Below, piece after piece: positions 15,720 to 26,370 of a stretch of DNA of 39,272 nt. The notes beneath the pieces are model-generated. The model saw only the letters and a list, made by a program, of their open reading frames with translations, made no database searches and was not told where the DNA came from. Position numbers and translations under genes: made by a program. The stretch's first letter is position 1. The number at the start of each line of letters is the position of its first letter. Source of the stretch: a virus (taxonomy: Duplodnaviria > Caudoviricetes); IMG/VR virus record IMGVR_UViG_3300048861_000028, positions 1 to 39,272 of that record; one strand, 5' to 3'.

Positions 15720-18019
15720 TGCCCAAGGCCTCTCCGATCCTCTCATCCTTCAACGGCGGCGAATATTCTCCGCTGATTGAAGGGCGCACCGACTATGCGA
15801 AGTACCCGAAAGGGCTTCGCAAGATGATCAACTTTATCCCGTCGATCCAGGGGCCGGCAGTTCGCCGCGGCGGTACCCGGTTCGTGGCAGAGACGAAAGA
15901 CTCGAGCAAACGCTCATGGCTCGTCAAGTTCCAGTTCAGTGTGTCGCAGGCCTATGCACTGGAGTTCGGCGACCAGTACATCCGCTTCTACACGAATCAC
16001 GGACAGGTCATCAGCGGTGCCTCGCCGTACGAGATCGCCTCGCCGTATCTCGCGGCCGATCTGGTCGGTGAGGATGGCACGCTCGCACTGCGCTATGCGC
16101 AGTCGGCAGACGTGATCTACATCTTCCACGCGAAGTATCCGCCGCAGAAGCTGTCGCGCCTAGGTGCGCTGAACTGGACCATTGCGCCGGTCGATTTCAA
16201 GGCCGGCCCGTTCGATGACCAGAACATCGATCAGTCCGCACGCATCTGCCTTGACCTCGGTTCCAGTCAGGCGATCGCAAATCTTGACGTATTCACGGCC
16301 GACATGGTCGGGTCGCTCCTCTATCTCGAAAGCCGCGACTTCTCTGCGGTGCCACCGTGGCAACCGGGCAAGGATATTGCCGATCCGGGACAGAGTCCGC
16401 TCGGCATCCTGCGGCGCGTTGACCAGCGTGTCTACGAGTGCGTGACGACAGCCACAGCCCCTGCTGGCGGTTTGCCCATCTGGACTGGCACACAGACGCT
16501 TGTACATACCTCTGGAGTTGCGTGGGACGGCGACGGTAACCAGATTGCCGACTTCGCCTCTCAGGCTGGTGTGCAATGGGCGTTCAAGCATCCAGGCTTT
16601 GCGGTGTTCAAGATCACCGCCGTGTCCGACGCGCGCCACGCGACGGTCTTCATCCAGTCCAACTGGGATATCCCGCAGGACTACGTCAACACCGATCCTG
16701 CACTTGGCACGTGGCGCTGGGCTCTTTCGCGCTGGTCAACTCCGAAGGGTTGGCCCGATCTCGTTACCTTCTTCCGTAACCGGCTCGTCGCTGCGCGATC
16801 GAGCGATCAGGCGATCAACTTCTCTGTCTCCGCCGACTTCGAGAATTTCCAGAACACCGACTTCGGTAACGTCACGGCAGACATGGCGATCAGTGCCACG
16901 GTCGCGGCCGATCAGGAATTCAACGCGCTGTCGTGGCTGTCGTCGGGCGATGAACTGCTCATCGGTGGTGTCGGTGGTGAGTTCGTATGCGGCGAGCAGA
17001 CCGTCAATGACGTGTTTGGCCCGGACAACATCAAGATCTCGAAACAGTCAGGCTATGGTTCGCGCTCGATCGAGGCGATCTCTGCCGGCAACGCGGTCGT
17101 GTACATCCAGAAGGGCGGCCGGCAATTGATGGAGATGCAGTTCAACATCCAGTCGAACAACTTCGATTCGGACGACAAGTCGGTGCCCGCCGAGCACCTG
17201 ATGGTGGGCGGCATCATCCAGACTGCATTCCAGAAGGAAACCGATTCGATCATCTGGGCGCTGCGCGGCGACGGCATGCTGCTCGCCTTCACTTACAACC
17301 CCAAGCAGGACGTGTTTGCATGGGCACAGGTGCCGATCGGCGGTAATGGCGTGGTCGTCGAATCCATCCTCGTCCTGCCCGCGCCGACGCTTGACCGTTC
17401 CGAGCTGTGGTTGATCGTTCGCCGCACGATCAACGGCGTCACGAAGCGCTACGTCGAGTTCATGGAGCGTCCGTTCCGCGCGGGAGACACGCAGGCCTCT
17501 GCCTTCTATGTCGATGCCGGCCTGACCTACAACGGCTCACCGGCAACGACAATCTCGGGCCTGAATCACCTCGAAGGCGAGACCGTCCAGATCCTCACCG
17601 ATGGCGCGGCGCATCCCGATCGCACCGTCACCGATGGCGCTATCACGCTGCAGCAGCCCGGCTCCGTGGTCAATGTCGGCCTGAAGTGCGGTTGCCGTCT
17701 GGTGACCGAGCGCATCGACGCCGGCGCGGCCGATGGCACCGCGCAGGGCAAGACGAAGCGCATCACCAAGGTGGTGTTCCGCTTCTACAACTCGCTCGGC
17801 GGTCAGTACGGCCCCGAGGACGGCCCGTACGACGATCTGCTCACCCGCAGCGGCAACGACGATATGGACGTCGCTCCGCCTCTGCTGACCGGCGACACCG
17901 ACATTCTCGACTGGCCCGAAGGCTACGACATGGACGGCGTCGTCGAGTACCGCAACGATCAGCCGCTGCCCGTCACCCTTGTGGCGATCATGCCGCAGCC
18001 CGTCACCCAGGACCGCTGA
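15719..18019 (+). CDS. tail tubular protein B / nozzle (T7 gp12-like)
   Basis: SFNGGEYSP, RRGGTRFV, YAQSADV, WP..VTFF.NRL motifs; 766 aa. Confidence 0.88.
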   Translation: MPKASPILSSFNGGEYSPLIEGRTDYAKYPKGLRKMINFIPSIQGPAVRRGGTRFVAETKDSSKRSWLVKFQFSVSQAYALEFGDQYIRFYTNHGQVISGASPYEIASPYLAADLVGEDGTLALRYAQSADVIYIFHAKYPPQKLSRLGALNWTIAPVDFKAGPFDDQNIDQSARICLDLGSSQAIANLDVFTADMVGSLLYLESRDFSAVPPWQPGKDIADPGQSPLGILRRVDQRVYECVTTATAPAGGLPIWTGTQTLVHTSGVAWDGDGNQIADFASQAGVQWAFKHPGFAVFKITAVSDARHATVFIQSNWDIPQDYVNTDPALGTWRWALSRWSTPKGWPDLVTFFRNRLVAARSSDQAINFSVSADFENFQNTDFGNVTADMAISATVAADQEFNALSWLSSGDELLIGGVGGEFVCGEQTVNDVFGPDNIKISKQSGYGSRSIEAISAGNAVVYIQKGGRQLMEMQFNIQSNNFDSDDKSVPAEHLMVGGIIQTAFQKETDSIIWALRGDGMLLAFTYNPKQDVFAWAQVPIGGNGVVVESILVLPAPTLDRSELWLIVRRTINGVTKRYVEFMERPFRAGDTQASAFYVDAGLTYNGSPATTISGLNHLEGETVQILTDGAAHPDRTVTDGAITLQQPGSVVNVGLKCGCRLVTERIDAGAADGTAQGKTKRITKVVFRFYNSLGGQYGPEDGPYDDLLTRSGNDDMDVAPPLLTGDTDILDWPEGYDMDGVVEYRNDQPLPVTLVAIMPQPVTQDR

Positions 18020-18020
18020 C

Positions 18021-18890
18021 ATGCACGTCACAGAATTCAAGCCCGAGCACTTCCTGCTGATGGACATCCAGCCGCGTCAGGCCTGGATGCGCGATACCGT
18101 CGGCACCGGCTACGCCGAAGCGCTCGCCGGGGGCGTCTCTCAAACCGTGTGGGACGGCGAGACGCCGATCGCCTGCATGGGTCAGGCGCTGATCTGGCAG
18201 GGCAACGCCGAGGTGTGGTCAGTGTTCGCGCGGAATATCGGCACGCGCATGACCTACGTCTACCGCGCCACCTTGAGCATGATCAATTCCGTCGACACGA
18301 ACCGGCTTCAGGCGCACGTCGACGTGGAGTTCGGCGAGGGCGTCAAGTGGATGTTCATGCTGGGATTCAAGGTCGAGGGCAGGCCGGCCGCGTATCTCCC
18401 GAACGGCAACGATGCATTCCTGTTCGCGCGCGTGCGCAACGCCTTGCCGGTGCCCGCGGCTCGTCCGTTTGCAGTGATCGAAGCGTACGACGAGACCGAC
18501 ATGCTCTCGAAAATCATGCGACTCGAAAACGAGATGCGCGCGATGCCGCAGGCCGAGTTCGAGACACTGCACGACTTCGCACCGGGCGTCTACATGCGCA
18601 CGATCCGCATCCCGAAGGGCTCGCTGCTCACCGGCAAGATGCACGCCACCGATCATCTGAACATCGTGTCGCAGGGCGATATCTCGGTGCTGACCGAGAA
18701 CGGCATCCAGCGCATCAAGGCGCCCGCGATCATCCCGGCCAGGGCTGGTATGAAGCGCGTGGGCTTTGCGCACGAGGATACGGTCTGGACGACCGTGCAC
18801 GGCACCGACGAGACCGACCTTGAAAAGCTCGAGGCCGCGTTGATCACTCCGCCATCCGAATTCACGAAACAGATTGCGGGGGCGCTATGA
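18021..18890 (+). CDS. GNAT-like (T7 gp13-position) domain fused to a cupin-like domain
   Basis: N-half: RLQAHV...KWMFMLGFKVEG; C-half: HDFAPGVYMRTIRIPKG..LTGKMH...HLNIV...WTTVH. Confidence 0.7.
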   Translation: MHVTEFKPEHFLLMDIQPRQAWMRDTVGTGYAEALAGGVSQTVWDGETPIACMGQALIWQGNAEVWSVFARNIGTRMTYVYRATLSMINSVDTNRLQAHVDVEFGEGVKWMFMLGFKVEGRPAAYLPNGNDAFLFARVRNALPVPAARPFAVIEAYDETDMLSKIMRLENEMRAMPQAEFETLHDFAPGVYMRTIRIPKGSLLTGKMHATDHLNIVSQGDISVLTENGIQRIKAPAIIPARAGMKRVGFAHEDTVWTTVHGTDETDLEKLEAALITPPSEFTKQIAGAL

Positions 18891-19444
18891 GTTGGATTGC
18901 CGTTGGCGTGGCCGGTGTTGCGGCGCTGTCCTACATGTCGCAATCGCAGCAGGCAGGCGCGCAGGCTGATCAGGATCAGGCTACCGCGAACGCAAACGCC
19001 TCGCAGTCGATCGCCAACATGCAGGCCGTCGAGGCCCAGGCATCGGCTCAGGAGACCGCGCAGCGCGATCAGTCGCAGCAGTATCTCGGTCGGCAGCGCG
19101 CGGCAATGGCCGACTCTGGCACGGGCTCGCTGTCGTCCGGTTCCAACTTCGACGTCGCGCGGCAGTCGGCCACCAACGCCGAGATCGACGCACTGAACGT
19201 GCGTTATTCCGGCGAACTGCGAGGCAGCGACTATCTGCAGAGCGCATACAACTATCGCGCGGGCGCAGCCGCCGCAGGCGCGCAGTCGGCGCAGATTGCC
19301 GCAACTCGCTACAGCGGTGCTGCTACAGCGGCATTGACCAGCTACGCGGGTTCATACGGCCGCGGTATCAAGGGGACGACGAACCTGAGCGGCACGCCAG
19401 GCACCGGCACCAATACCTATAACTTCACGACGGGGAGCCTCTAA
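18887..19444 (+). CDS. internal virion (ejection) protein, gp14-like
   Basis: Hydrophobic N-terminus, Ala/Gln-rich, GRQRAAMADSG motif. Confidence 0.75.
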   Translation: MSWIAVGVAGVAALSYMSQSQQAGAQADQDQATANANASQSIANMQAVEAQASAQETAQRDQSQQYLGRQRAAMADSGTGSLSSGSNFDVARQSATNAEIDALNVRYSGELRGSDYLQSAYNYRAGAAAAGAQSAQIAATRYSGAATAALTSYAGSYGRGIKGTTNLSGTPGTGTNTYNFTTGSL

Positions 19445-22008
19445 TGGTGCGCGTTGCGCTTCTTCAGCCCACCGTCAACACGCCGAGCGGCGCGAATGAT
19501 GTCATGCAGCAGGCGCCGCAACTGCCGACGGCGAACGCGCAGCTTGCCCAGCAGTTTGCGGGCGCCGCGCAGGCCGTCGGCGGTGCCATCGACAAGTACC
19601 AGTTCCTGCAGGAGCGGCAGAAGACGCAGGACGCCGCCGCATGGTCAGCGAACGCCGCATCCAATGCGACGCTCACGTGGCAGCAGAAGATGCAGGAATT
19701 GCAGCAGAACTCCGCTTCTGGTGCGCCTGACTTCACCAAGAATTTTCTCTCTGACTTCGATCAGTACAAGACCGAGCAACTGGCCGCCGCGCCGAACGAT
19801 GAATCGCGCCGCTTCCTGAACCAGCACCTCGACACGATCCGCACACAACTCGGCGGTCAGGCGATCGCGTTTCAGGGTCAGCAGCACATCAAGTGGCGTG
19901 AGGAACAGATCACGCAGGCCACGGACAGCGCCACGCAGATTGCATTCAATGATCCGGCGCAGCGCGATCAGGCATTGCAGACCGTGCTGGCGCCGCTTGA
20001 CGCGATGGACATGCCGGGCGCGTGGAAAGACGAGATGAAGCGCAAGGCGACGCAGGCCGTGAATCTCGCGGCGGCCACCTCGGTTGCGCAGACCAATCCG
20101 GCGGCGATTGTCGGTCAGCCGGGCTCCGCTGCGACGGCAGCCGGCGGCGGCCAGAATCCGGGCGGCTTCGCTGGCGCTGATGCGTTCGTCGCACAGAAAG
20201 AAGGCGGACTCCTGCCGAGCGACACCAACAAGACGCCGACGAACTTCGGTATCAATCAGGCTGCCAATCCTGATGTCGACGTCAAAAACCTGACGCCTGA
20301 GCAGGCTGCGCAGATCCGCAAGACGCGCTATTGGGATGCCATTCACGGCGACGCGCTGTCGCCTGCGATGCAGCCGGTCGCCTATAACTTCGCGATCCAA
20401 GCCGGTGCGGGCGCGGCGAACAACCTGCTTCAGCAGGCGAATGGCGACCCGGCCAAGTTCAACGATCTGGCGAAGCAGTACTACGCGAACATCCCGCCGG
20501 AAAAGCAGCAGGGCTATCTGCCCGCATGGCAGAAGCGTTCGGATGAAGCCTATCAACTCGGCCAGTCCGCACCGGCCAGCGCCGATAACCCGCTGCTCTC
20601 GAACCTGCCATATCAGTCGCGCGTTCAGGTTTTCAACCAGGCGAAGACGCAGCAGAGTCAGGACATGGCGATGTGGCGCGGCCGGATCGAAGCGGGCCTC
20701 GCCGACCGGCAGGCCGCCGCGGCTAATGGCATTTCCGATCCCACGCCGCTGACACTGCCTGTGCTGCTGAAGGCTTTCCCGCCCGAGGAAGCCGCGCAGC
20801 GCTACACGCAGTATCTCGACGGACAGCAGCTCGCGCGCGACGTGTCGACGCTCAAGGGCATGCCGAGCGATCAGATTACGGGCCTTGTGCAGGCGCGCGA
20901 GCCGGTCGCCGGGCCGGGCTACGCGCAGGCCCAGCACGATCAGCAGATTCTCACCAGCGCGGCCGCGCACGTCATGGAACAGCGCAACGCCGATCCGTCG
21001 GCGTACGTCGCGCAGAACGCCACCAGTGTGAAAGCGGCGCAGCAGGCATTCGCCGCGAACCCGACGCCGCAGACCGCGCAACTCTATGCGCAGACCTCGA
21101 TGGCCGAACAGCAACGCATCGGCATCCCGAAGCCGCAGATCCTGACGAAGATGCAGGCGCAGACGATCGAGGATCAGATCAAGGAAAACAACGGCGCGAA
21201 CGCCGATCAGGTGATCCAGCAGCAGGCCGCGCTGTGGGGTCCGCAGTGGGGCAACGTGTTCGGCCAGTTGAAGAACATCCCGCCGGTGGCCAAGGTCATC
21301 GGCTACCTCGGCAACTCGATCGACACCTCGACGCGCCAGCAGATCATGCAGGCATCGCAGGTCAAGATCGAAGACCTGAAAGACGGTCTCCTGCCGGCGA
21401 ACATCACTGCCGCATCGCAGGCGCTGCAGGCCAAGACGGCACCTTTTGCCGGCACGATGGCATACACCACCGGCGGCGCACAGACGTTCTCCGCGCTCTA
21501 CGACGCGGCCGACCGGCTCTCCCTGACGTACATGCGCCAGGGTGCGAGCCCGGCCGACGCCGCGAGCCGCGCTTTCGACGCGGTCATCGGCAAGCAGTTC
21601 AACGTCTCTGGCGCCGCGCGCATCCCCACACAGTTCGATAAGGACGCGGTGATGACCGGCGCGCAGGGCGTCATGAATAACCTGCCGTCGATGGATCTGG
21701 TGATGCCGCCGGCGCCCGCTGCGATGAACGCGAGCGATGTGCGCGACCAGTACGTGAGCAACCTGAAGTCAAACGGCAAGTGGGTGACCAGCGCCGATGG
21801 CAAGGGGCTCGTTCTGTTCGATCCGATATCGCAGACGGTCGTGCGTACGAAGGACGGCCAGACGGTCGGCGCATCGTTCACCGACCTCACCGCGAAGAAA
21901 ACCGGCGCGACGCCGAATTCGGCACCGGCCGCGTTTAGCGGCAGCACGCCGAATCCGTTCAGCAGCGCGAACTCCGACACGTCGACCACTCGGCTGGGGA
22001 TCATGTAA
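19444..22008 (+). CDS. internal virion protein with GH108 lysozyme domain
   Basis: Helical Gln/Ala-rich protein with an internal KEGG...TNFGINQ...VKNLTPEQAAQI..RYW motif. Confidence 0.78.
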   Translation: MVRVALLQPTVNTPSGANDVMQQAPQLPTANAQLAQQFAGAAQAVGGAIDKYQFLQERQKTQDAAAWSANAASNATLTWQQKMQELQQNSASGAPDFTKNFLSDFDQYKTEQLAAAPNDESRRFLNQHLDTIRTQLGGQAIAFQGQQHIKWREEQITQATDSATQIAFNDPAQRDQALQTVLAPLDAMDMPGAWKDEMKRKATQAVNLAAATSVAQTNPAAIVGQPGSAATAAGGGQNPGGFAGADAFVAQKEGGLLPSDTNKTPTNFGINQAANPDVDVKNLTPEQAAQIRKTRYWDAIHGDALSPAMQPVAYNFAIQAGAGAANNLLQQANGDPAKFNDLAKQYYANIPPEKQQGYLPAWQKRSDEAYQLGQSAPASADNPLLSNLPYQSRVQVFNQAKTQQSQDMAMWRGRIEAGLADRQAAAANGISDPTPLTLPVLLKAFPPEEAAQRYTQYLDGQQLARDVSTLKGMPSDQITGLVQAREPVAGPGYAQAQHDQQILTSAAAHVMEQRNADPSAYVAQNATSVKAAQQAFAANPTPQTAQLYAQTSMAEQQRIGIPKPQILTKMQAQTIEDQIKENNGANADQVIQQQAALWGPQWGNVFGQLKNIPPVAKVIGYLGNSIDTSTRQQIMQASQVKIEDLKDGLLPANITAASQALQAKTAPFAGTMAYTTGGAQTFSALYDAADRLSLTYMRQGASPADAASRAFDAVIGKQFNVSGAARIPTQFDKDAVMTGAQGVMNNLPSMDLVMPPAPAAMNASDVRDQYVSNLKSNGKWVTSADGKGLVLFDPISQTVVRTKDGQTVGASFTDLTAKKTGATPNSAPAAFSGSTPNPFSSANSDTSTTRLGIM

Positions 22009-23825
22009 TGGGCGACCTCGTTCTCGACGCCGATTACTCGGCCCCGCTCAAGCCGATCACGGACTATCCGACGCCGCTGGGCGAATACCTCGGCGCGCAG
22101 GTCACTGGCACGCTGCAGGGCATCGCGGACCGCTACCAGTACCTCGAAGGATCGCGGCCGGATAACACGGTGTTCGGCTACACGCCGGAAGGTGTACCTC
22201 TGTACGGCAACGATCCTTCGCAGATGCGCGTGTCGCCCGAGCAGGCGCAGCCGCAACTGGATGCCGCGGGCGTGAAGATGGCAGCGCCGGCTGACGGGAT
22301 GTATCAGGACACGCTCGATGCGCTGGTGAAGCGCCAGAACGAGCAGACCGCGCGGCAGGTTGCGATCGCGGCCTCGCCGACCGGCGCTCGCTCGGTGCTC
22401 GGCTTCGGTGCGCAGGCGCTGACATCGATGCTCGATCCGATCAACGTGGCCGCGTCGTTCGTGCCGGTGATCGGCCCGATGAAATACACGGCGTTGCTGG
22501 CTGAAGCGGGCGGCGGTCTGGCGCGCTTCGGTATCCGGGCAGGCATCGGTGCGGCAGAAGGCGCAGTGGGCACGGCGCTGACACAGCCGCTCGACTATCT
22601 GGCCGCGAAGAATCAGGGCGACGACTACACGATGACGACGGCGCTGCAGAACATCGCGTTCGGCACTGCGTTCGGCGCCGGGCTCCACTCGATCGGTGGT
22701 GCATTGAAAGACGTCGTCGCGGGCGCGCCGAAGAAGCTCGACACCACGATCACGACCGACGTCCCGAATTCCCTCACCGATAACCCGGCGACGGCACCCG
22801 ACATCACAGCGCGCGCCGGACAGCAGCCGATCACGATCAAGCTGCAAACCGGTGAAGCGCAGATCTCGCCGCTCGGCGCCGCATGGATGAACAACAGCGT
22901 GTCGCATGAGACGCGCATCGCCGCAACGACCACCTCGATCGGTCAGTTGCTCGACGGCCGCAACGTCGAGGTCGAGCCGATCATCCGCGCCGATCCGAAC
23001 TTCCAGTATCAGATGGCGACGCGCCAGCAGCCTACCGACATGGCGTCGGCGCTCGCTCAGGCGCGCAGCGATCTTGAGCCCCAACTGCGCTCCGAGTTGA
23101 CCGCACAGGCCGGCAATCAGGCTGAGCCGGGCGCGGTGGCGCAGATGCGCACGCAGCTCGATCAGATCACTGCCGAACTTGCCCAGCCGCCAGTGCCGTC
23201 GAAAGACGACATTCGCGCATTGCAGAACGGCCAGAAGCTCAAGTTCAAGGATGCCGAGGCGCGCGCGCAGGACGAACTGAACTCGCGCCGCGCCGACCTC
23301 ACGCAGCAGGCCGAGCGGCTCACGCAGGCGCTCGAAACCAACCGGCAGGCATCGCAGGCTGCACAGGATCTCGCGACGCTCGACGGCGGCGGATTCCCCG
23401 ATCGCTATCAGGACCGGCTCCAGCAGCGCGGCGAACAGTTGCTTGCGGGCGATCCGCTCACCGCGGCGATCCGCCAGCTTTACGCACCGTCGCCGGAGGC
23501 AGACCGCGCAGCGGCGCAGGCCTTCAATTCACCCGAGAACGTGGCGACCGCTGATTCGGTCATGTCGCGCGCTGCCGACGAGCACATGGCGCAGGTTCCG
23601 GAAAGCGTCAAGTCGGCGTCCGTCGAAGGCGCTGAGCAGGCGATGAACGATGCGCACGCCCGCTTTCAGGACACGCTCGACACGCTCAAGCGTGGCGGCG
23701 CATCGGATGACGCGCTCGCGGCATTGCAGAAAGAACTGGAACCGTTCGACGCAGCGGTGAAGGACTCCGACAACCTGGCCGCCGCGACGCGCGCGGCCGC
23801 ACTCTGTGGACTCTCCCGTGGCTGA
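22008..23825 (+). CDS. internal virion (ejection) protein
   Basis: 605 aa; Gly/Ala-rich hydrophobic segments (LDPINVAASFVP, AFGTAFGAGLH); synteny. Confidence 0.72.
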   Translation: MGDLVLDADYSAPLKPITDYPTPLGEYLGAQVTGTLQGIADRYQYLEGSRPDNTVFGYTPEGVPLYGNDPSQMRVSPEQAQPQLDAAGVKMAAPADGMYQDTLDALVKRQNEQTARQVAIAASPTGARSVLGFGAQALTSMLDPINVAASFVPVIGPMKYTALLAEAGGGLARFGIRAGIGAAEGAVGTALTQPLDYLAAKNQGDDYTMTTALQNIAFGTAFGAGLHSIGGALKDVVAGAPKKLDTTITTDVPNSLTDNPATAPDITARAGQQPITIKLQTGEAQISPLGAAWMNNSVSHETRIAATTTSIGQLLDGRNVEVEPIIRADPNFQYQMATRQQPTDMASALAQARSDLEPQLRSELTAQAGNQAEPGAVAQMRTQLDQITAELAQPPVPSKDDIRALQNGQKLKFKDAEARAQDELNSRRADLTQQAERLTQALETNRQASQAAQDLATLDGGGFPDRYQDRLQQRGEQLLAGDPLTAAIRQLYAPSPEADRAAAQAFNSPENVATADSVMSRAADEHMAQVPESVKSASVEGAEQAMNDAHARFQDTLDTLKRGGASDDALAALQKELEPFDAAVKDSDNLAAATRAAALCGLSRG

Positions 23826-26370
23826 AGCCGACGACTGCATCAAGGCCATGAGCGCGGCGGCCGGCCGCGACCTGACCGACGACGAGATCGATGCATTGCA
23901 GACGCAACTGCAGGCGCGCACGCGCTATGAGACGGCGAAGAACGGCGCGCTCGATCTGCGTGACGCGGCGCTCAAGGCGGCTGATTCCATCGGCAATGAC
24001 CTGAAGCAGGCCGCGTTCATCGAGCGACGCAACGCGCTGATCAACGCTTCGGTGCGGGCTGAGAAGGTAGCCTGGGTGCAGGCGCAGTTCGGCGCGCGTC
24101 CGGCGGAGGGCATCACGGCGCTGCTGGTCGGCGTGAACCGCGCGAAGGTCGGCGCACGCAATTCGGTCATGGCCGTGCAGAAGACGCTGCGCGACAAGTT
24201 CCTCGGCGGCTTCGTGAACGATCTGGAACGCACCGGCAGCGCCAAGCTGTTCGCGAGCGGCACGATGGATCGCGACGTGGCGCGCGCGCTGTGGTCGTTC
24301 GGTCGTGAAGATGAAGCGGCACGCCTGAAAGCGCTGCCTGAGCCTGCCGTCGAGATCGCCCGCGTGATCAACAAGTGGCAGGAATACAGCCGCACGACAG
24401 CGAACGAGGCCGGCGCGTGGATCGGCAAGGAAGCGGGCTATATCGTCAAGCAGTCGCACGACATGCTGAAGATCCGCAGCGCCGGCTTCGAGACGTGGAA
24501 AGCCGCCGCTCTGCAGCACTTCGACATCCCGCGAATGATGGCCGAGTCGGGTGCGAACGACGTCAATGCGATGCTGCACGGCATCTTCAAGAATCTAGCG
24601 AGCGGCGATCACATGAAGCCGATCGCGAGCGTCGAGGCGTCCCCATTCAAGGGTCCGGGCAATCTGGCTAAGCGCGTCAGTCAGGACCGCGTCGTGCACT
24701 TCAAGGATGCCGACGCGTGGTTCGACTACAACCAGAACTACGGCACGCGCAATCTGCGCGAAGCGGTGGCCGGCGGGCTCACGCGCGGCGCCGAGCAGAT
24801 CGGCCTGATGCGGCAGCTCGGCACGAACCCGGGTGCGATGGTCGAAACCATCCGCAACGACCTGATCCAGTCCGCGAAGAAGGCCGGCGAGTTCGACAAG
24901 ATCGACGCGCTGAAAGATGCGGCCGGCAAGCACGCGAACTACATGGCCGCCGTCGACGGGTCAATGAGCATTCCGGGTAATGCCCTGTGGGCGCGGCGCG
25001 GTGCGAACCTACGCGCGTGGCAGTCGCTGGCGAAGCTCGGCGGCATGATCATGTCGCAGTTCAACGACATTGCCGTCTACGGCTCCGAAGCGAAGTATCA
25101 GGGGCGCGGCTTCCTGTCTGGTATGGGCGAGTCGCTGGCGGGCCTGGGCACCAGCCTGAAGGGGCAGGAAAAGCAGGATCTGCTCGCGAGCCTTGGCGTG
25201 TTCTTCGAATCGGCGATGGGCGAGATCTCCCGCACCGGCTCGTTCGAGGATGCCGGCGCATTGACGCGCGGCCAGCAGCTTTTCTTCAAGCTCAATCTCG
25301 GCCAGTGGTGGACTGAAAAGATGCGCGCCGCGGCGGCGATGGGCATGTCGCACCACATGGCGCTGCAGACTGGCAAGGCATGGGAAGCGCTCGAACCTGA
25401 GTATCGCCGCGTGCTGAGTCTGTACGACATCGACGGGCCAAAGTGGGACGTCATCCGCCAGTCAGCGCTCAAGCAGGTTGACGGCCGCAACTACATCGCC
25501 AACGACACGATCCACCAGGTGAGCGACGACGCGGTGCGCTCCTATCTGGAATCGACCGGCCAGCGTGCCGGGCCGAAGGACATCGACGCCGCGCGCGCCG
25601 ATCTCGCCGACAAGGTGCAGACGTACATGAACGACCGGACGTCGTTCTTTCAGCTTGAACCGGACGCCAAGACGCGCGCGATGTTGCTGCAGGGCACCCG
25701 GCCAGGCACATGGCTTGGTGAGTTCGCCCGGTTCACGATGCAGTTCAAGAGCTTCACCGGCGCGTACATGCAGAAGATCATGGGCCGCGATCTCTACGGC
25801 CGTGGTTTCGAAGGCACGAACCCGCTCAAGGCGCTCGTGGCCGGCAACGGTGAAGCGTGGGGACTGGTGAGCGTGGTCGCGATGTCCACGCTGTTCGGCT
25901 ACGGCTCGATGCTCACCAAAGACATGATGAAGGGGCTCACGCCGCGCCTGCCTAATTCCGACCCGGTGAACGACGGAAAGCTGTTCCTCGCCGCGATGGC
26001 GCAAGGCGGCGGCATGGGCCTGATGGGTGACTTCCTGTTCGGCACCGCCAACCGCTTCGGTGGCGGCATGCTTTCCTCGCTTGCCGGGCCCACTGCCGGC
26101 GCGGCTAATGACCTGATCAACCTCTACCAGAGCGCGCGCGATGACGCGCTAGAGGGCAAGAGCAGCAACCTCGCATCGAACGCGCTGCGCGTGGCGCTCA
26201 ATAACACGCCGTATCTGAACCTTTTCTACACGCGGATTGCACTCGACTATCTGCTCTTTTACCGGATTCAGGAGTACATGAACCCCGGCTATCTCGCGCG
26301 GATGGAGCAACGGGTGCGCAGCCAGAACAACCAGGAATTTCTTCTTCCGCCGAGCGGGGTGATCCAATGA
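23818..26370 (+). CDS. large internal virion (ejection) protein
   Basis: About 850 aa; GTWLGEFARFTMQFKSF and GGGMGLMGDFL motifs typical of epsilon15/BPP-1-like ejection proteins; start 23818 or 23806. Confidence 0.78.
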   Translation: MAEADDCIKAMSAAAGRDLTDDEIDALQTQLQARTRYETAKNGALDLRDAALKAADSIGNDLKQAAFIERRNALINASVRAEKVAWVQAQFGARPAEGITALLVGVNRAKVGARNSVMAVQKTLRDKFLGGFVNDLERTGSAKLFASGTMDRDVARALWSFGREDEAARLKALPEPAVEIARVINKWQEYSRTTANEAGAWIGKEAGYIVKQSHDMLKIRSAGFETWKAAALQHFDIPRMMAESGANDVNAMLHGIFKNLASGDHMKPIASVEASPFKGPGNLAKRVSQDRVVHFKDADAWFDYNQNYGTRNLREAVAGGLTRGAEQIGLMRQLGTNPGAMVETIRNDLIQSAKKAGEFDKIDALKDAAGKHANYMAAVDGSMSIPGNALWARRGANLRAWQSLAKLGGMIMSQFNDIAVYGSEAKYQGRGFLSGMGESLAGLGTSLKGQEKQDLLASLGVFFESAMGEISRTGSFEDAGALTRGQQLFFKLNLGQWWTEKMRAAAAMGMSHHMALQTGKAWEALEPEYRRVLSLYDIDGPKWDVIRQSALKQVDGRNYIANDTIHQVSDDAVRSYLESTGQRAGPKDIDAARADLADKVQTYMNDRTSFFQLEPDAKTRAMLLQGTRPGTWLGEFARFTMQFKSFTGAYMQKIMGRDLYGRGFEGTNPLKALVAGNGEAWGLVSVVAMSTLFGYGSMLTKDMMKGLTPRLPNSDPVNDGKLFLAAMAQGGGMGLMGDFLFGTANRFGGGMLSSLAGPTAGAANDLINLYQSARDDALEGKSSNLASNALRVALNNTPYLNLFYTRIALDYLLFYRIQEYMNPGYLARMEQRVRSQNNQEFLLPPSGVIQ

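Noticed and set aside
10227-23084. Long antisense ORFs (10227-11402, 12984-13973, 19645-21114, 21498-23084 and others)
   Set aside because: Shadow frames of GC-rich genes with strong codon bias; no RBS or motifs, Arg/Leu/Val-rich nonsense composition
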